A DNA stretch of 62,975 nucleotides, filler included, from a bacterium (lineage in GTDB: Bacteria > JBBIVP01), in NCBI GenBank assembly GCA_037439705.1. It is 16 parts of 16 records of this genome, joined end to end, with 100 filler letters (N's around TTAATTAATTAA, not from the genome) between each part and the next. Parts side by side here need not be neighbours in the genome. Positions count along the whole stretch, not along the records: positions 59,508 to 62,975 come from JBBIVP010000193.1; 15 more parts are not named here. One strand, 5' to 3'. This document shows, piece after piece, positions 62,011 through 62,975 of this stretch (positions within the stretch are counted from its first letter, which is position 1; each line of letters begins with the position of its first letter). The notes below the pieces were generated by a model, which made no database searches, had not been told where the DNA came from, and was given only the letters and a program-made list of their open reading frames with translations. The translations under genes were made by a program, and so were the position numbers.

Positions 62011-62975
62011 CTCCTTTCAAGTATAAAAACTATTCCTCCGTTGAGCATTCCGTGTTCAGCATGAACAAGACCTGTCTTTGCATTTTTGATGTTCCTTTCT
62101 CCCCATTTTTCTCTTAGATGCCCATAAACTTCCACCATTTCAGCAAGTGGTGTTACTGCTGCAGGGTGTCCAAGAGATAGCCTCCCTCCAGATGGGTCAA
62201 CCACAGTTTTCCCTCCGTACGCCCAGGTTCCATCTTCAAATCCAATCCATGCCTTTCCTTCTTCGGCAAGACCAAGTCCTTCAAGAATCATCAATTCGGT
62301 AGCAGTAAAAACCCCATAGATTTCAGCCACATCTATATCTGCAGGTTTTTTTTGAGAAGACTCATAAGCCTGTTCCGCAGATTTTCTTACAGAAATAAAT
62401 TTTGTTATGCTTCCAGCAGAGTTTATAAAATGTGAAGAATGGTGGAATTCTCCACATCCAGTTATGTAAACGGCATCTTTTGAACCATCGTCTCTCCCGA
62501 AGATTATACATCCCGCTCCACTTGAAAATGGTGAACAATCAAGTAGCCTAAATGGCGGGCTCAATTCTCTTGATGATTTTACATCTTCTACTGTAATTGG
62601 CTTTCTGTATTCTGCGAGTGGATTCTTTTCTGCATGCTTTCTCAGAACTACTGCCACATTAGCGATTTTTTCGTATGGCACATTGAACTCATACATATAC
62701 CTCTGAGCGCTCATGGCATAATAGGGAATTGGCGCTCCAATTCCATAAGGGGCATCATAAACCCCGTAAAGGCAGGTTTGCATCAAAACTCCATACTTTA
62801 TGAAGTATTCCACATCATCAGGGATTTCCGCTGCCCTCCAGTCAAGCGCAATTACACAACCTGTTTCAATTCTTCCTGAAAGGATGTCCTCTGCTGCTGT
62901 TCTCATTGCAACTGCCGAGGTGCACCCTCCGCATTCAACCATTGAAAGGGTTTTCGTTGGATGTCCGAGGTATGC
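62007..62975 (-). CDS. SCP-x/Ltp2-type thiolase-family protein (5' off window)
   Basis: NPLA, DCSP.S.GA, DVAEIY, SGG.LS.GHP. Confidence 0.88.
   Translation of the reverse strand, partial: AYLGHPTKTLSMVECGGCTSAVAMRTAAEDILSGRIETGCVIALDWRAAEIPDDVEYFIKYGVLMQTCLYGVYDAPYGIGAPIPYYAMSAQRYMYEFNVPYEKIANVAVVLRKHAEKNPLAEYRKPITVEDVKSSRELSPPFRLLDCSPFSSGAGCIIFGRDDGSKDAVYITGCGEFHHSSHFINSAGSITKFISVRKSAEQAYESSQKKPADIDVAEIYGVFTATELMILEGLGLAEEGKAWIGFEDGTWAYGGKTVVDPSGGRLSLGHPAAVTPLAEMVEVYGHLREKWGERNIKNAKTGLVHAEHGMLNGGIVFILERS

Overview
The window is not one locus. It is 16 unrelated 3.5-4.1 kb contigs joined by 100-nt N spacers that carry TTAATTAATTAA, sorted by decreasing length, so gene order across spacers is meaningless. 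The DNA is low-GC and densely coding with Lys/Glu-rich proteins. The gene set suggests a probably thermophilic, anaerobic or facultative deltaproteobacteria-like organism (inference). It is mostly housekeeping (purF, hfq-hflX, dnaE, smpB, lepA, ligA, polA, glmU-glmS, ftsQAZ, rplU-rpmA, rplY-pth, def, sdhCDAB-sucC, menA, tRNA-Gln). It also carries two AOR loci, an 11-heme c/b-type cytochrome, Flp/TadE and DUF35/thiolase genes. The most interesting signals are non-coding. (1) Three families of dispersed intergenic repeats lie just upstream of -35 boxes. One has inverted ends resembling XerC/XerD (dif) arms, and another encodes a 23-aa hydrophobic ORF. (2) Many sigma70 promoters have the -10 box 6-8 nt from the start codon, implying widespread leaderless mRNA, including one palindromic bidirectional -10. 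(3) An in-frame TAA splits an otherwise intact HMG-CoA-synthase-like/DUF35 fusion gene. All family calls are by-eye motif recognition; no database searches were run.
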